Source of the DNA: an uncultured Anaerolineales bacterium
GTDB taxonomy: Bacteria; Chloroflexota; Anaerolineae; Anaerolineales; RBG-16-64-43
Assembly (NCBI GenBank): GCA_964521085.1
Contig: CAZFPL010000002.1
Location: 2,044-66,043 of the forward strand
Length of the DNA stretch: 64,000 nucleotides
Reading direction: 5' to 3'
This document shows, piece by piece, positions 25,900 to 34,840 of the stretch (position 1 is the first letter of the stretch; every line of letters starts with the position of its first letter). The notes beneath the pieces are model-generated. The model searched no databases. It saw nothing but the letters and a program-made list of their open reading frames with translations, and had not been told where the DNA came from. Both the position numbers and the translations under genes were made by a program.

Positions 25900-27321
25900 T
25901 CAAGAACCTTGGAAACGGACGATCGTCCCCAATGTCCGCAGGAAAATTTTAAAATCCAGCGTCAGCGAGCGGTGGCGGATGTAATACAAATCATATTCCA
26001 GCTTGAGCGCCGTATCCTCGACCGTGCGCACGTAACCGTAATTCACCTGCGACCATCCCGACAGGCCCGGTTGGACCAGCAGGCGGGCGCGATAGAAGGG
26101 GATCTGCTTTTCCAATTGGGCGATCCATTCCGGCCGTTCGGGGCGCGGGCCGATCAGGCTCATATCGCCGCGCAGCACGTTCCAGAATTGCGGGATTTCA
26201 TCCAGCCGCGTACGCCGCATCCATTTGCCGATCCGCGTCACCCTCGGATCCGACGGGGAAGCCCAGCGCGCTTCACCGTCGGGCTCGGCGTCCTGCACCA
26301 TGGTCCGATACTTCCAGATCCAGATCGAATGGCCGCCCTTCCCCGATCGTTCCTGCCGGAAGAGAATCGGTCCGGGGGAATCCAACCGGATCAGCAGGGC
26401 GATCAACGGGAACAAGGCGATGTGGATGGACAGCCCGACAATGGCCACGAAGATGTCGATCAGACGCTTAAGCGGGCTGTACAGATCGTACAGACGGACG
26501 CTGTCGAGGAACGAAGTCAGCAGCCAATCGGCGCTGAGGTATCCGATCGGCACGCGCCCAAGGAGGGATTCGTACAGCGCGGGCATGCGGATCACTTCCG
26601 CCCCGCGCTCCTGGCAGTCGAGGATCGCCTGGAACAACTCCGGGTGGATCCTGCCCGTGATTGCCAGTATCAGAACAGAAATCCCCTGCTGGGTGACCGT
26701 ATCTTGAAGAATCTGCCAGCTTCCCAGAACAGGAACGCCCTGCATTTTCGTTCCGAGTTTTTCCGGATCATCATCGATCATTCCACAGATGCGGAAATGA
26801 CCGGGGACTTCCTCGGTCAGGACGCGGAGCATCACCGCTCCCGCCCGTCCCGCGCCGATGATCAAAACCGGCCGCTGCAATCTCGGCAGCGTAAAGAGGC
26901 GGATCGCCAGCATCCTCCAGGTGAATTCGAAGACGGTTATGGAAAAAAGGAAAACCAGGATCGCCACGCGGGGAAGCGAACCAGGGGTCGCGAAGAAATA
27001 CAACCCGAGGTACGGGATCAGGGAAATTCCCGTGGCAAGCGCCAGGCCGGATATCGTTCGTTCCTGCGAAAAGGCGACATGCGGATCGTAGAGGTGGAAG
27101 ATAAGGAAGAACCACAGCGGCCCAAGCAGCAGGAACGGGGTCAGTGCGTCTTTCGTCCGCAGGAATCCGATCGGATCCTGCAGAGCCCCGTCGATCCAGA
27201 TCCACACCCCCCAGGAGGTGATGACGGCCAGGATTACGCAAAGCAGATCCCCGGCAAACAGGAGTGCCTGGCGTTCGGAAAGGCTGATGCCGGTTCGGGG
27301 AATCGACGGTGAGTTCGCCAT
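25900..27321 (-). CDS. Polyprenyl-phosphate hexose-1-phosphate transferase (WbaP/WcaJ/EpsB-type 'bacterial sugar transferase', large form)
   Basis: 473 aa. It has 4-5 N-terminal TM helices and a central Rossmann-like region (VLIIGAGRAG). The C-terminal catalytic domain carries KRLIDI..., FRQERSG, KYRTM, DEIPQFWNVLRGDMSLIGPRPERPE and PGLSGWSQVN. Confidence 0.88.
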   Translation of the reverse strand: MANSPSIPRTGISLSERQALLFAGDLLCVILAVITSWGVWIWIDGALQDPIGFLRTKDALTPFLLLGPLWFFLIFHLYDPHVAFSQERTISGLALATGISLIPYLGLYFFATPGSLPRVAILVFLFSITVFEFTWRMLAIRLFTLPRLQRPVLIIGAGRAGAVMLRVLTEEVPGHFRICGMIDDDPEKLGTKMQGVPVLGSWQILQDTVTQQGISVLILAITGRIHPELFQAILDCQERGAEVIRMPALYESLLGRVPIGYLSADWLLTSFLDSVRLYDLYSPLKRLIDIFVAIVGLSIHIALFPLIALLIRLDSPGPILFRQERSGKGGHSIWIWKYRTMVQDAEPDGEARWASPSDPRVTRIGKWMRRTRLDEIPQFWNVLRGDMSLIGPRPERPEWIAQLEKQIPFYRARLLVQPGLSGWSQVNYGYVRTVEDTALKLEYDLYYIRHRSLTLDFKIFLRTLGTIVRFQGS

Positions 27322-27333
27322 GGGGATTGCAGG

Positions 27334-28308
27334 TTACGCCTTGGGCTGCCGGCGGAAATATTCGATGATCTCGTCGAGGGTTTTCGCGAGCGGGATTTCC
27401 GGCTTCCAGCCGGTCACACGCTGGATTTTTTGGATATCCGGGATGCGCTGGCGCATATCCTCGAATCCGCCGTTGTAAGCCTGGCTGTAAGGGATGAATG
27501 CCAATTCGGATTTGGAGCCGGTGCGCTTTTTCACCATCTCGGCCAGCGCGCGCATGCTGATCTCTTCCGTGGAGCCGATGTTGAATACCTGCCCCTCCGC
27601 CGCCGGGTTTTCGATCAAAAGCAGAATCGCCCGGACGACGTCGCGCACGTTGCAGAAGCAGCGGGATTGCGCGCCGTCGTCGTGCACGGTGATGGGCTCA
27701 CCGTTCAGCGCCTGGCGGACGAATCGCGGGATGACCATGCCGTATTGTGCGCTCTGCCGCGGCCCGACCGTGTTGAAAAACCGGCCGATCACCACCGGCA
27801 GGTGGTGCGAGCGGTGGTAGGCCAGGGCGAGAAATTCATCCAGCGCTTTCGACGTGGCGTACGCCCAGCGGGTGACGGTCGTGGCGCCGAACACCCCGTC
27901 GTCTTCTTCTCGGAAGGGAACTTTGTTGTTCTTCCCGTAAACCTCGGAGGTCGACGCCAGAAAAACTTTCCGCCGGTAACGGCGGGCCACGCGCAGCACG
28001 GCTTCGCTGCCCATGACGTTGGTTTCGATCGTCCGAACCGGATCATTGACGATGAGCTGGACTCCCACGGCGGCGGCCAGGTGCAGGATGCGGTCGCACT
28101 CGCTTCCCAGCCGGTCCATGACAGTCTCGTTGGTGATCGTCTCCAGCGCGAAGGAGAACCGGGAATTTGCGGTAAGCGGTTCGATGTTTTCAAAACGGCC
28201 GGTCGATAGGTCGTCGATGACCGTCACCTGATCCCCGCGGGCGAGTAACGCTTCGGCCAGATGACTGCCGATGAATCCGGCGCCGCCGGTGATGAGTGTA
28301 TGGGTCAT
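27334..28308 (-). CDS. NAD-dependent nucleotide-sugar epimerase/dehydratase (extended SDR; specificity unknown)
   Basis: ORF track gives 27334..28383, trimmed to ATG 28308 (MTHTLITGGAGFIGSHL), which overlaps the upstream stop as ATGA. ASTSEVYG and catalytic YATSK are present. Confidence 0.8.
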   Translation of the reverse strand: MTHTLITGGAGFIGSHLAEALLARGDQVTVIDDLSTGRFENIEPLTANSRFSFALETITNETVMDRLGSECDRILHLAAAVGVQLIVNDPVRTIETNVMGSEAVLRVARRYRRKVFLASTSEVYGKNNKVPFREEDDGVFGATTVTRWAYATSKALDEFLALAYHRSHHLPVVIGRFFNTVGPRQSAQYGMVIPRFVRQALNGEPITVHDDGAQSRCFCNVRDVVRAILLLIENPAAEGQVFNIGSTEEISMRALAEMVKKRTGSKSELAFIPYSQAYNGGFEDMRQRIPDIQKIQRVTGWKPEIPLAKTLDEIIEYFRRQPKA

Positions 28309-29831
28309 GATTTTTTTCCCTTTCGACGAATGCCAAGCACGACTTCTTCCAATGCCCGGGTCCGGGAGGATGGGTCGCTCCACTCGCCTTCGGTCGGGGA
28401 TGCGCCGCCGGGAATTTCAGCGCCGGGTGCGGCGACCAGGCGTCCGGAAAATTCGGCTGCGGCTTTTCGGATTTCCGCCGGCCATCCCCCGCCGCGGCAA
28501 AAAATGATCAGATGCGCCTCGCTGAAAAACTCGCTGACCTTTTGAGAGTCGGCTCCCTCCGGGAAGGACAGCACCCTTCCCGTCAGCCGGAATATCTTAT
28601 GCCAGGTGTCCGCCGGCCCGATTCCTTCCCCGATCCCGGAATCCATCCATGCTCCGAATGTTTCCGGCTCCTGAGCCATGGCGCATAGGTAAGCCCGCAA
28701 TATTGTTTTCTCGGAACGGGGCGATGTCGCGACCATCAGATTGGAGGACAACGTCCGTGCCGATTGAATCGCCGCGACCCCCTGATCATCCTCCGCCAGG
28801 ATGATGACAAGCGGATTGTTCAGCGGGATCGGTCGCGCCCGCTGCAAGATCATCAGACCGATCAACCCGACGGCCAGCAATACGACGAACAGAAGGGTGG
28901 CAAGGTTTGGCCGGGAATGAGTCATCATGATGGCAAGGATGCCGAGCAATCCGGCGGCCAGGTACATGGAAAAGACCGCGCGGTTGATGCCGAGGCCGAG
29001 CCGGGCCAATCGGTGCGAGGTGTGGTCCGTGCCGCCCGCCGAGACCGGCCGCCGGGTGAGCAGCCGGGAGAAGGTGACCAAGGTGGTGTCGAAAATGGGC
29101 AGCCCCATGACGACGATCGGCACCATCCAGGTGGATCCCAGCGGAAGGTTGCTTGGGGAATACTTCACACCGATCACCGCCAGCAGGAATCCGAGGAGCA
29201 GCGAACCGGTATCGCCCATGAAGATCATGGCGGGGGAGATGTTGTAATAAAGGAATCCCAGCGATGCGCCGGTGACCGCCGCCGCGAGGCTCGCCACCAA
29301 TCCCTGCTGCGCCGAAGCGGCCAGGATGGTGAAGAAGAGTGCGGAGACGGCCGACGTTCCCGCCGCCAATCCGTCCATGTTGTCCATCAGATTGATGGCG
29401 TTGGTGATTCCGACAAACCAAAACAGGGTGATGAGGAAGTTCACGGCCGGCCACGGGGTGATCTGCACCCGCACGCCCGCCGCTGCGACGAGCACCGCCG
29501 CTGCGATCTGCGCCAGAAGTTTCGCCCGCGGGGCGATTCCCCGCCGGTCGTCCCACAAACCCACAAGCATGAGCAGCGTCGCGCCGACCGCGACCGCCGC
29601 CATCGGGATCAGTTCGGTGGAGAAGTCGACCTGAAAGAGGGCCGCGCACAGCGCAATGTAGATTGCCAACCCTCCCAGGAGCGGCATGGGGCGGACGTGC
29701 ATTTTGTGCGGCTTCGGTTCGTCGACGAAACCCGTATGGAAAGCCACCCGGCCGATGACCGGCGTGGCGACGAAGGCGGCCAGAAACGAGAAGATGATGA
29801 GAGGAAGATATAAATCCATCCGCACCGTCAC
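28305..29831 (-). CDS. MraY/WecA-family polyprenyl-phosphate N-acetylhexosamine-1-phosphate transferase with ~170-aa C-terminal soluble extension
   Basis: 508 aa. WDDRRGI (Mg-binding DD), NAINLMDNMDGLAAG and about 10-11 TM helices in the first ~335 aa. A non-hydrophobic tail follows. The start is GTG 29831 (GTGA overlap with the upstream stop) or ATG 29819. Confidence 0.85.
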   Translation of the reverse strand: MTVRMDLYLPLIIFSFLAAFVATPVIGRVAFHTGFVDEPKPHKMHVRPMPLLGGLAIYIALCAALFQVDFSTELIPMAAVAVGATLLMLVGLWDDRRGIAPRAKLLAQIAAAVLVAAAGVRVQITPWPAVNFLITLFWFVGITNAINLMDNMDGLAAGTSAVSALFFTILAASAQQGLVASLAAAVTGASLGFLYYNISPAMIFMGDTGSLLLGFLLAVIGVKYSPSNLPLGSTWMVPIVVMGLPIFDTTLVTFSRLLTRRPVSAGGTDHTSHRLARLGLGINRAVFSMYLAAGLLGILAIMMTHSRPNLATLLFVVLLAVGLIGLMILQRARPIPLNNPLVIILAEDDQGVAAIQSARTLSSNLMVATSPRSEKTILRAYLCAMAQEPETFGAWMDSGIGEGIGPADTWHKIFRLTGRVLSFPEGADSQKVSEFFSEAHLIIFCRGGGWPAEIRKAAAEFSGRLVAAPGAEIPGGASPTEGEWSDPSSRTRALEEVVLGIRRKGKKS

Positions 29832-31021
29832 CGCGAACGCATCCCGTTCGATTTTTGAAGAATCAGCGTCTCGTACAGGGAGGCCATGGCGGAAAGCATC
29901 CGCTCCCGGCCGAATCGCTCTTCCACTTCCCGGCGGGCCCGGACGCGCATTTGCTCCGTTGGCGTTTTCTCCCCGAGGGCTGTCCGCCAGGCTTGGAACA
30001 TTGCCTCGGAATCGCCCGCTGGAACAAGCCGGCCGGTCTCCCCATCCCGGACCACATCCGGCACGCCGCCCACCGCAGTCGCCACAACCGGCACTCCGGC
30101 GGCCATGGCTTCAATAACCGCCACAGGCGTCCCCTCGTTATCCGACGTCAGCGCAAGCAGATCGAGCCCCGCGTACACCGGAACCATGTCCTTGCGCCAG
30201 CCCAGGAAACATACGCGGTCCGCGATTCCCAGTTCGGAGGCAAAAACCCGCAACGAATCGCGTAATTCGCCGTCCCCGACGACGACGAACCGGGCCGGGA
30301 GACCCGAGTCTACCATGCTTCGCGCCGCCTCCAAGAAAAGGCGGTGATTCTTGATGGGAACGAGGCGGCCGACTGTCCCTACCAGGGGCTCTTCCGCGCC
30401 GATCCCCAGCTCAGCCCGCAATTCATTGCGGCGCGAGTCGCACCCGAGGAGAGGATCGAGGTCCATGCCGAGCGGGATGACATCGATCTTTTCCGGACCG
30501 GCGATGCCCATTTCCACCAGGTCGGCCTTCAGCGCCGGGCTCAAGGTGACGATCCGGTCGGTGATCCGGGTCAATCCGCGCTCGATATTGCGGAAGATGC
30601 CTTCCACCGGCCGGGGAAAATAGCCTCGCAGGACATGGCCGTGGAGCGTGTGAACCACCACCGGCACTCCCGCGCAGCGGGCTGCCGCTCGCCCGACGGC
30701 GCCGGCTTTCGCGGTATGGGTGTGAACTACGTCCGGTTTCCACGATCGAAAGATTTTCAGGAGCTGGAAGAACGCGATGAGATCCGACGGCCCGAGATGG
30801 GGCGAGAGGGCCGGCACGATCTCCGGCCGCACCCCTTTCTCCTCCGCCAGGTAATGCATTCCGGTCTCGCCGCGGCCTTCACGGCCGGCGATCAACCGCA
30901 CCGTGAAGCGGCCGTGGGGCAGCCCCGCCGCCAGTTCGATCACGTGCGTGGCCGGCCCGCCGACGTTCAGGCGCGCGATGACGATGGCAATCCGCAGGGG
31001 ACGATCGGTCTTCTTGTCCAT
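29828..31021 (-). CDS. Glycosyltransferase family 4 (GT-B, retaining)
   Basis: ORF track gives 29828..31093, trimmed to ATG 31021 (MDKKTDRPLRIAIV). VGGPATHV and the E-x7-E region SDNEGTPVAVIEAMAAGVPVVATAVGG are present. Confidence 0.8.
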   Translation of the reverse strand: MDKKTDRPLRIAIVIARLNVGGPATHVIELAAGLPHGRFTVRLIAGREGRGETGMHYLAEEKGVRPEIVPALSPHLGPSDLIAFFQLLKIFRSWKPDVVHTHTAKAGAVGRAAARCAGVPVVVHTLHGHVLRGYFPRPVEGIFRNIERGLTRITDRIVTLSPALKADLVEMGIAGPEKIDVIPLGMDLDPLLGCDSRRNELRAELGIGAEEPLVGTVGRLVPIKNHRLFLEAARSMVDSGLPARFVVVGDGELRDSLRVFASELGIADRVCFLGWRKDMVPVYAGLDLLALTSDNEGTPVAVIEAMAAGVPVVATAVGGVPDVVRDGETGRLVPAGDSEAMFQAWRTALGEKTPTEQMRVRARREVEERFGRERMLSAMASLYETLILQKSNGMRSR

Positions 31022-31177
31022 GGAGGCCGGAATCTTGGGACGATTATATACCAGGGCGCGGGGGGTATCACGAATTCTCGTTCTATTCACCAACGGCGAT
31101 CGGAATGATCTCGGGGCGAGGTTGTCTCTATTTCAGATGAACACGGCGCACGACTCGTTTATCGATATGCAGCCACC

Positions 31178-32317
31178 CTATTCTTTGGAAACACCGGCAA
31201 GACTGCGGTAAACCTGCGCTGTGTGCTGCGCCATCCGTTCGACGGTGAAATCCTTCTTTACCCGCGCCTTTCCCGCGCGCCCCATCCGGTCCGCCCGCTG
31301 CCGGTCGGAAAGTAGAGTCCGAATCGACCCCGCCAGTTCGACGGGATCCCCGGGGGAGACGAGCAAACCGGTTTCCTCCGGAACAATAATCTCCGGAAGC
31401 GCGGAAACGCGCGATGCCACGATCGGTTTCCCGAGCGCCATGGCTTCCAGCGCCACCAGGCCGAATCCTTCCCAGCGCGAGGGAACTACAAGCAGATCCA
31501 CATCGGCCATGATATCCGCCGCGTCATCACGCCATCCCAGGAACATCGCCCGCCGGAGCTCCAATGATTGCGCCAGCCTCATAAGCGCCGGACGGTCCGG
31601 GCCGTCCCCCGCCAAAATGAGTCGCGCCGACGGATGTCCTTTCTCCACTTGCGCGAACGCGTGCAACAGCACGTCGACCCCCTTTTGGCGGGTCAACCGC
31701 CCAACGAATCCGATCAACTCCTCGGAGTGCGCGCCGATTTCCTTGCGGAACGCGCCGGGGTGCGCCGACCGCGTGAACGCCTCCGTATCCAACCCGTAGG
31801 GAATGACTTCGACCTTTTCCGCGGCCGCTCCTTCCACATCCACGAGAAAGCGGCGCACGGCCCGCGAGATCGCGATAATCTGGCCGGCGCGCCGGAGCGA
31901 CGGCGAGAACACCCAGCGCAGAGGAAGCCAGCGGCGGAACCGGTCATCGTTGTGGCGGGAGATCACAAGCGCCCGGTCTGGAAAAACCCGCAGCGCGAGC
32001 TCGCCGTACACTTCCCCGTGCGGAAGGTGCGCATGCAGGATCTCGAACGGTTCGCGGCGCAGGATATCGCCGAGGGCAGGCGGCAGCGCCGGATCGAGAT
32101 GCCATCGGATGGGGAGGGTGTGAACGGGGATGCGCTCCCGTTCGAACCGGGAGCGCAACGCGGCTTGCGGCCGGCGTGGATCTTCCATCAGGATCACGCT
32201 CGGATCGACATCGAACGCGCGCAAGGCGGGCAGCAGCGCGAGCAGATGGCTTTCCGCGCCGGCGATACCGACGGCTTTCAGTAGATGGTGGGTTCTTATC
32301 CGTTGCGCTTGCGGCAT
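31178..32317 (-). CDS. Glycosyltransferase family 4
   Basis: ORF track gives 31178..32656. The first 113 aa are Arg/Gly-rich and overlap another frame that holds a methyltransferase motif. Trimmed to ATG 32317 (MPQAQRIRTHHLLKAVGIAGAESHL). E-x7-E region: SRWEGFGLVALEAMALGKPIV. Confidence 0.78.
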   Translation of the reverse strand: MPQAQRIRTHHLLKAVGIAGAESHLLALLPALRAFDVDPSVILMEDPRRPQAALRSRFERERIPVHTLPIRWHLDPALPPALGDILRREPFEILHAHLPHGEVYGELALRVFPDRALVISRHNDDRFRRWLPLRWVFSPSLRRAGQIIAISRAVRRFLVDVEGAAAEKVEVIPYGLDTEAFTRSAHPGAFRKEIGAHSEELIGFVGRLTRQKGVDVLLHAFAQVEKGHPSARLILAGDGPDRPALMRLAQSLELRRAMFLGWRDDAADIMADVDLLVVPSRWEGFGLVALEAMALGKPIVASRVSALPEIIVPEETGLLVSPGDPVELAGSIRTLLSDRQRADRMGRAGKARVKKDFTVERMAQHTAQVYRSLAGVSKE

Positions 32318-32601
32318 CGCCACACCAGCAAATTGGAAAAAAGATCCGGATGAATTGCTGCGAACCGGCCGGCTTCGGGGCCGCGCCGGAGGGATTCCCC
32401 GTCGATATCCGCCCCGATGACCGGATTTCCTTGCAGAATATTGACCGTGAGTGCCCCGTCCCGGCATCCCAGATCCAATATATGCCGGCCGGCGCCGATC
32501 CAGGCCGCAAGGATCGCGATCCGCTCCCTGCCGCCGAACGTGAATCCCGAACGGTCTCCCGATTCGTGATGTGCGCGGTAGGTTTTTTCCAAGCGGCTCA
32601 T
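32296..32601 (-). pseudogene. Truncated class-I SAM-dependent methyltransferase remnant (N-terminal ~75 aa only)
   Basis: 101-aa ORF. Motif I (HILDLGCRDG) and the post-I acidic residue (VIGADID) are present. The frame then degenerates and stops inside the start of the next GT4 gene. Motifs II and III are absent. The start ATG overlaps the upstream stop as ATGA. Confidence 0.55.
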
Positions 32602-33650
32602 TGCGATCCGCTCCGCGGCAGGGAATGATCCAACAGGGCAAGGTACTTTTTGGCAAGCAATTCCCAGCGGTAGGCGCCGGACGCCTTTTTCCCGCGCGCG
32701 CCCATTTGCCCCCGGATGGTCTTCCCCCGGGCCAATGCGATCAGCCCGGCGGCGAACGCGGCCGAGTCGCGGGCGGCGATGCCCGACCTGGATTCTAAAA
32801 CAGGTTTCATTTCCTCCACATTAAAACCGACCACCGGCACTCCAGAGGCCATGTATTCCAGAACCTTGATGCTGGCGCGGCCCATCAGGTCCGCTGTGCG
32901 CGGATAAAGCCCGATATCGAAGGCGGCGACGTAATCCGTCAAATCGGGCCGGTGTTTGTAGCCCGGGAGCCGGACCCATGGATTCCGACCGGCAAACTCC
33001 CGCACTTTCCGACTGGGTTCGCCCACCAACCACAAGACGAGCCGCGGATCCTTCTTCCGTGCCCGTTCCATCACATCCAGCAGCGGGTCCACTTCATACA
33101 TTTGCTGCGCGGTCCCCGCAGGAAGCTCGTCGGAGAACTCGAAATGCGGTTGGTGCAATCCCGCCACCACCTCCTGTTTCGAAGTGCACCATGCATCCCG
33201 GATCGTCTGCATCCGTTTGGCGTTCGCGGGATGGACCGCCACTCCTTGCGGGATGACGGAGACCGGTTTGCGCAATCCCAATTCCGATAATTTCTTCGAT
33301 ACGGAATCGCTTGTGACCACGACCATCGCGACGGTCGGGGCATTAAGTGCACGAATCTCCTCCGCTGTAAACAGCGGATCGTCATGGTCGCACACTACCC
33401 TGTTCCGGATCAGTTTAATCTGCCGCCAATCGGTGCATAGAATCAGCGGGTATCGGATTCCTATCCATCGCATCAGAAGCGGCAGCCAGATCCTTCGCCG
33501 GAATCCCCGGATCGGCCACCACGGATGCAGATCCACGTAATACTGGTCGACGGTATCCAGGCGCGGTAAGAGTTCCTCGTATCGGGTGTTGTTGTGCCCC
33601 CGACTCCACGCCCCGGCCCATGCGATCCGGTTGCCCGTCGCGCGGGTCAT
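32598..33650 (-). CDS. Glycosyltransferase, GT-B fold (GT4-like, divergent)
   Basis: ORF track gives 32598..33686, trimmed to ATG 33650 (ATGA overlap with the upstream stop). C-terminal region: LYPRTADLMGRASIKVLEYMASGVPVVGF. Confidence 0.65.
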   Translation of the reverse strand: MTRATGNRIAWAGAWSRGHNNTRYEELLPRLDTVDQYYVDLHPWWPIRGFRRRIWLPLLMRWIGIRYPLILCTDWRQIKLIRNRVVCDHDDPLFTAEEIRALNAPTVAMVVVTSDSVSKKLSELGLRKPVSVIPQGVAVHPANAKRMQTIRDAWCTSKQEVVAGLHQPHFEFSDELPAGTAQQMYEVDPLLDVMERARKKDPRLVLWLVGEPSRKVREFAGRNPWVRLPGYKHRPDLTDYVAAFDIGLYPRTADLMGRASIKVLEYMASGVPVVGFNVEEMKPVLESRSGIAARDSAAFAAGLIALARGKTIRGQMGARGKKASGAYRWELLAKKYLALLDHSLPRSGSQ

Positions 33651-34840
33651 AATTCGGTCTCCGCGGAAGAAAGGAACGCCTGCCAATCCAGCGGCTGGCC
33701 GTCGATCATCCGGAGGAAAGACTCCAGTACCCGGTCCTCTGAAAAATATTCAACCTGTTTTCCGCCGGCCTTCCGCCAGGCATTCCGCAAGGCGGGATCC
33801 CGCAGTGCCTGGATGCACTTTCGGGAGAAAGCATGCACATCGCGCTGCTCCACCACGCAACCGGTCATGCTCTGCGGGAGGATATCCCGCACGCCGCCGA
33901 CATCGAACGCGACGAACGGGCAGCCGGCCGCCATCGCCTCGAGCAGCACGCGGGGAAATCCTTCCTCCTCCGATGGCATCAGGTAGAGATCGGCGGACCG
34001 GAAGTAGAGCGGCACATCCCTGTTCGCCACCCATCCGCGGAAGTCGAAATTATCAGCCAGTCCTTCCTGCTCAACGCGGCGTTTAAGTTCCTCCAGATAC
34101 GGACCCCCGCCGGCGACCAGGAATGTGACCGGGCCGGCTTCGCGGAGAACTAGCTGCGCGATCTCCGGGAGGAAGTGCGCGCCTTTGCGCGGCGCCACCC
34201 GGTGCAGGAAGAGGGCGATGGTGCGGCCCGGAGACAGGCGCAGGGTTCTCCGTGCTTCGACCCGCGAAACACTTCGGAACCGATCCAGATCGGTGAAATT
34301 CGGGAGCAAGCGGATTTTATCGCGGGGAATACCGACGTTCCGCACGTAATACTCCGCCACGCGCGGCGTTCCTGTCACGAGGTGCGTGCAGCCTCGGACG
34401 GATATCTCCAGTAAGCGTTCCTGGAAGTGCTGGCGCAGCCTTTCCCGCCAGGGCGCCCCGGCCGGCAGGCGCAGTTCCTTATAGAGGCTGCAACTCCAAT
34501 AGAAAACCCGGCCGCCGAAAAACCGGGCTATGATCGAGGCGGCGATGGCTCCGGTGTAGGAATAGTGAATGTAAAAAATCTTGATCCCCCTGCTTCGGGC
34601 TTGGAGGAAAAGAAATAATTCCTCTAAAAGCCGAAAAGCCGGGATGCGGATCTTGAGCGGACGGATTGGAAAATCCTGCGGAAGCCGGCCCGATACCCGC
34701 TCCACGAACACTTCGATTGGAATTCGATCCTGTAGTTTTTTCAGGAAACCGTACAGGTGATAGATATGCTCCGGCGAATCCGCATCGTAGCGGGGAAGCA
34801 AATACAGCAACCGGATCGTTCGCGCAGCGGGCTTCCTCAT
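33647..34840 (-). CDS. Glycosyltransferase family 4
   Basis: ORF track gives 33647..34984, trimmed to ATG 34840 (MRKPAARTIRLLYLLP; ATGA overlap). E-x7-E region: PSEEEGFPRVLLEAMAAGCPFVAFDVGG. Confidence 0.8.
   Translation of the reverse strand: MRKPAARTIRLLYLLPRYDADSPEHIYHLYGFLKKLQDRIPIEVFVERVSGRLPQDFPIRPLKIRIPAFRLLEELFLFLQARSRGIKIFYIHYSYTGAIAASIIARFFGGRVFYWSCSLYKELRLPAGAPWRERLRQHFQERLLEISVRGCTHLVTGTPRVAEYYVRNVGIPRDKIRLLPNFTDLDRFRSVSRVEARRTLRLSPGRTIALFLHRVAPRKGAHFLPEIAQLVLREAGPVTFLVAGGGPYLEELKRRVEQEGLADNFDFRGWVANRDVPLYFRSADLYLMPSEEEGFPRVLLEAMAAGCPFVAFDVGGVRDILPQSMTGCVVEQRDVHAFSRKCIQALRDPALRNAWRKAGGKQVEYFSEDRVLESFLRMIDGQPLDWQAFLSSAETEL

Noticed and set aside
32318-32656. N-terminal extensions of several ORF-track entries: 31178..32656, 33647..34984, 35997..37451, 47170..48390, 49031..50122, 54971..57577 and 16841..19183.
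   Set aside because: The extensions are Arg/Gly/Pro-rich, overlap the preceding gene, and precede an internal ATG. That ATG gives a canonical family N-terminus and, in four cases, an ATGA stop/start overlap. The starts were trimmed accordingly.
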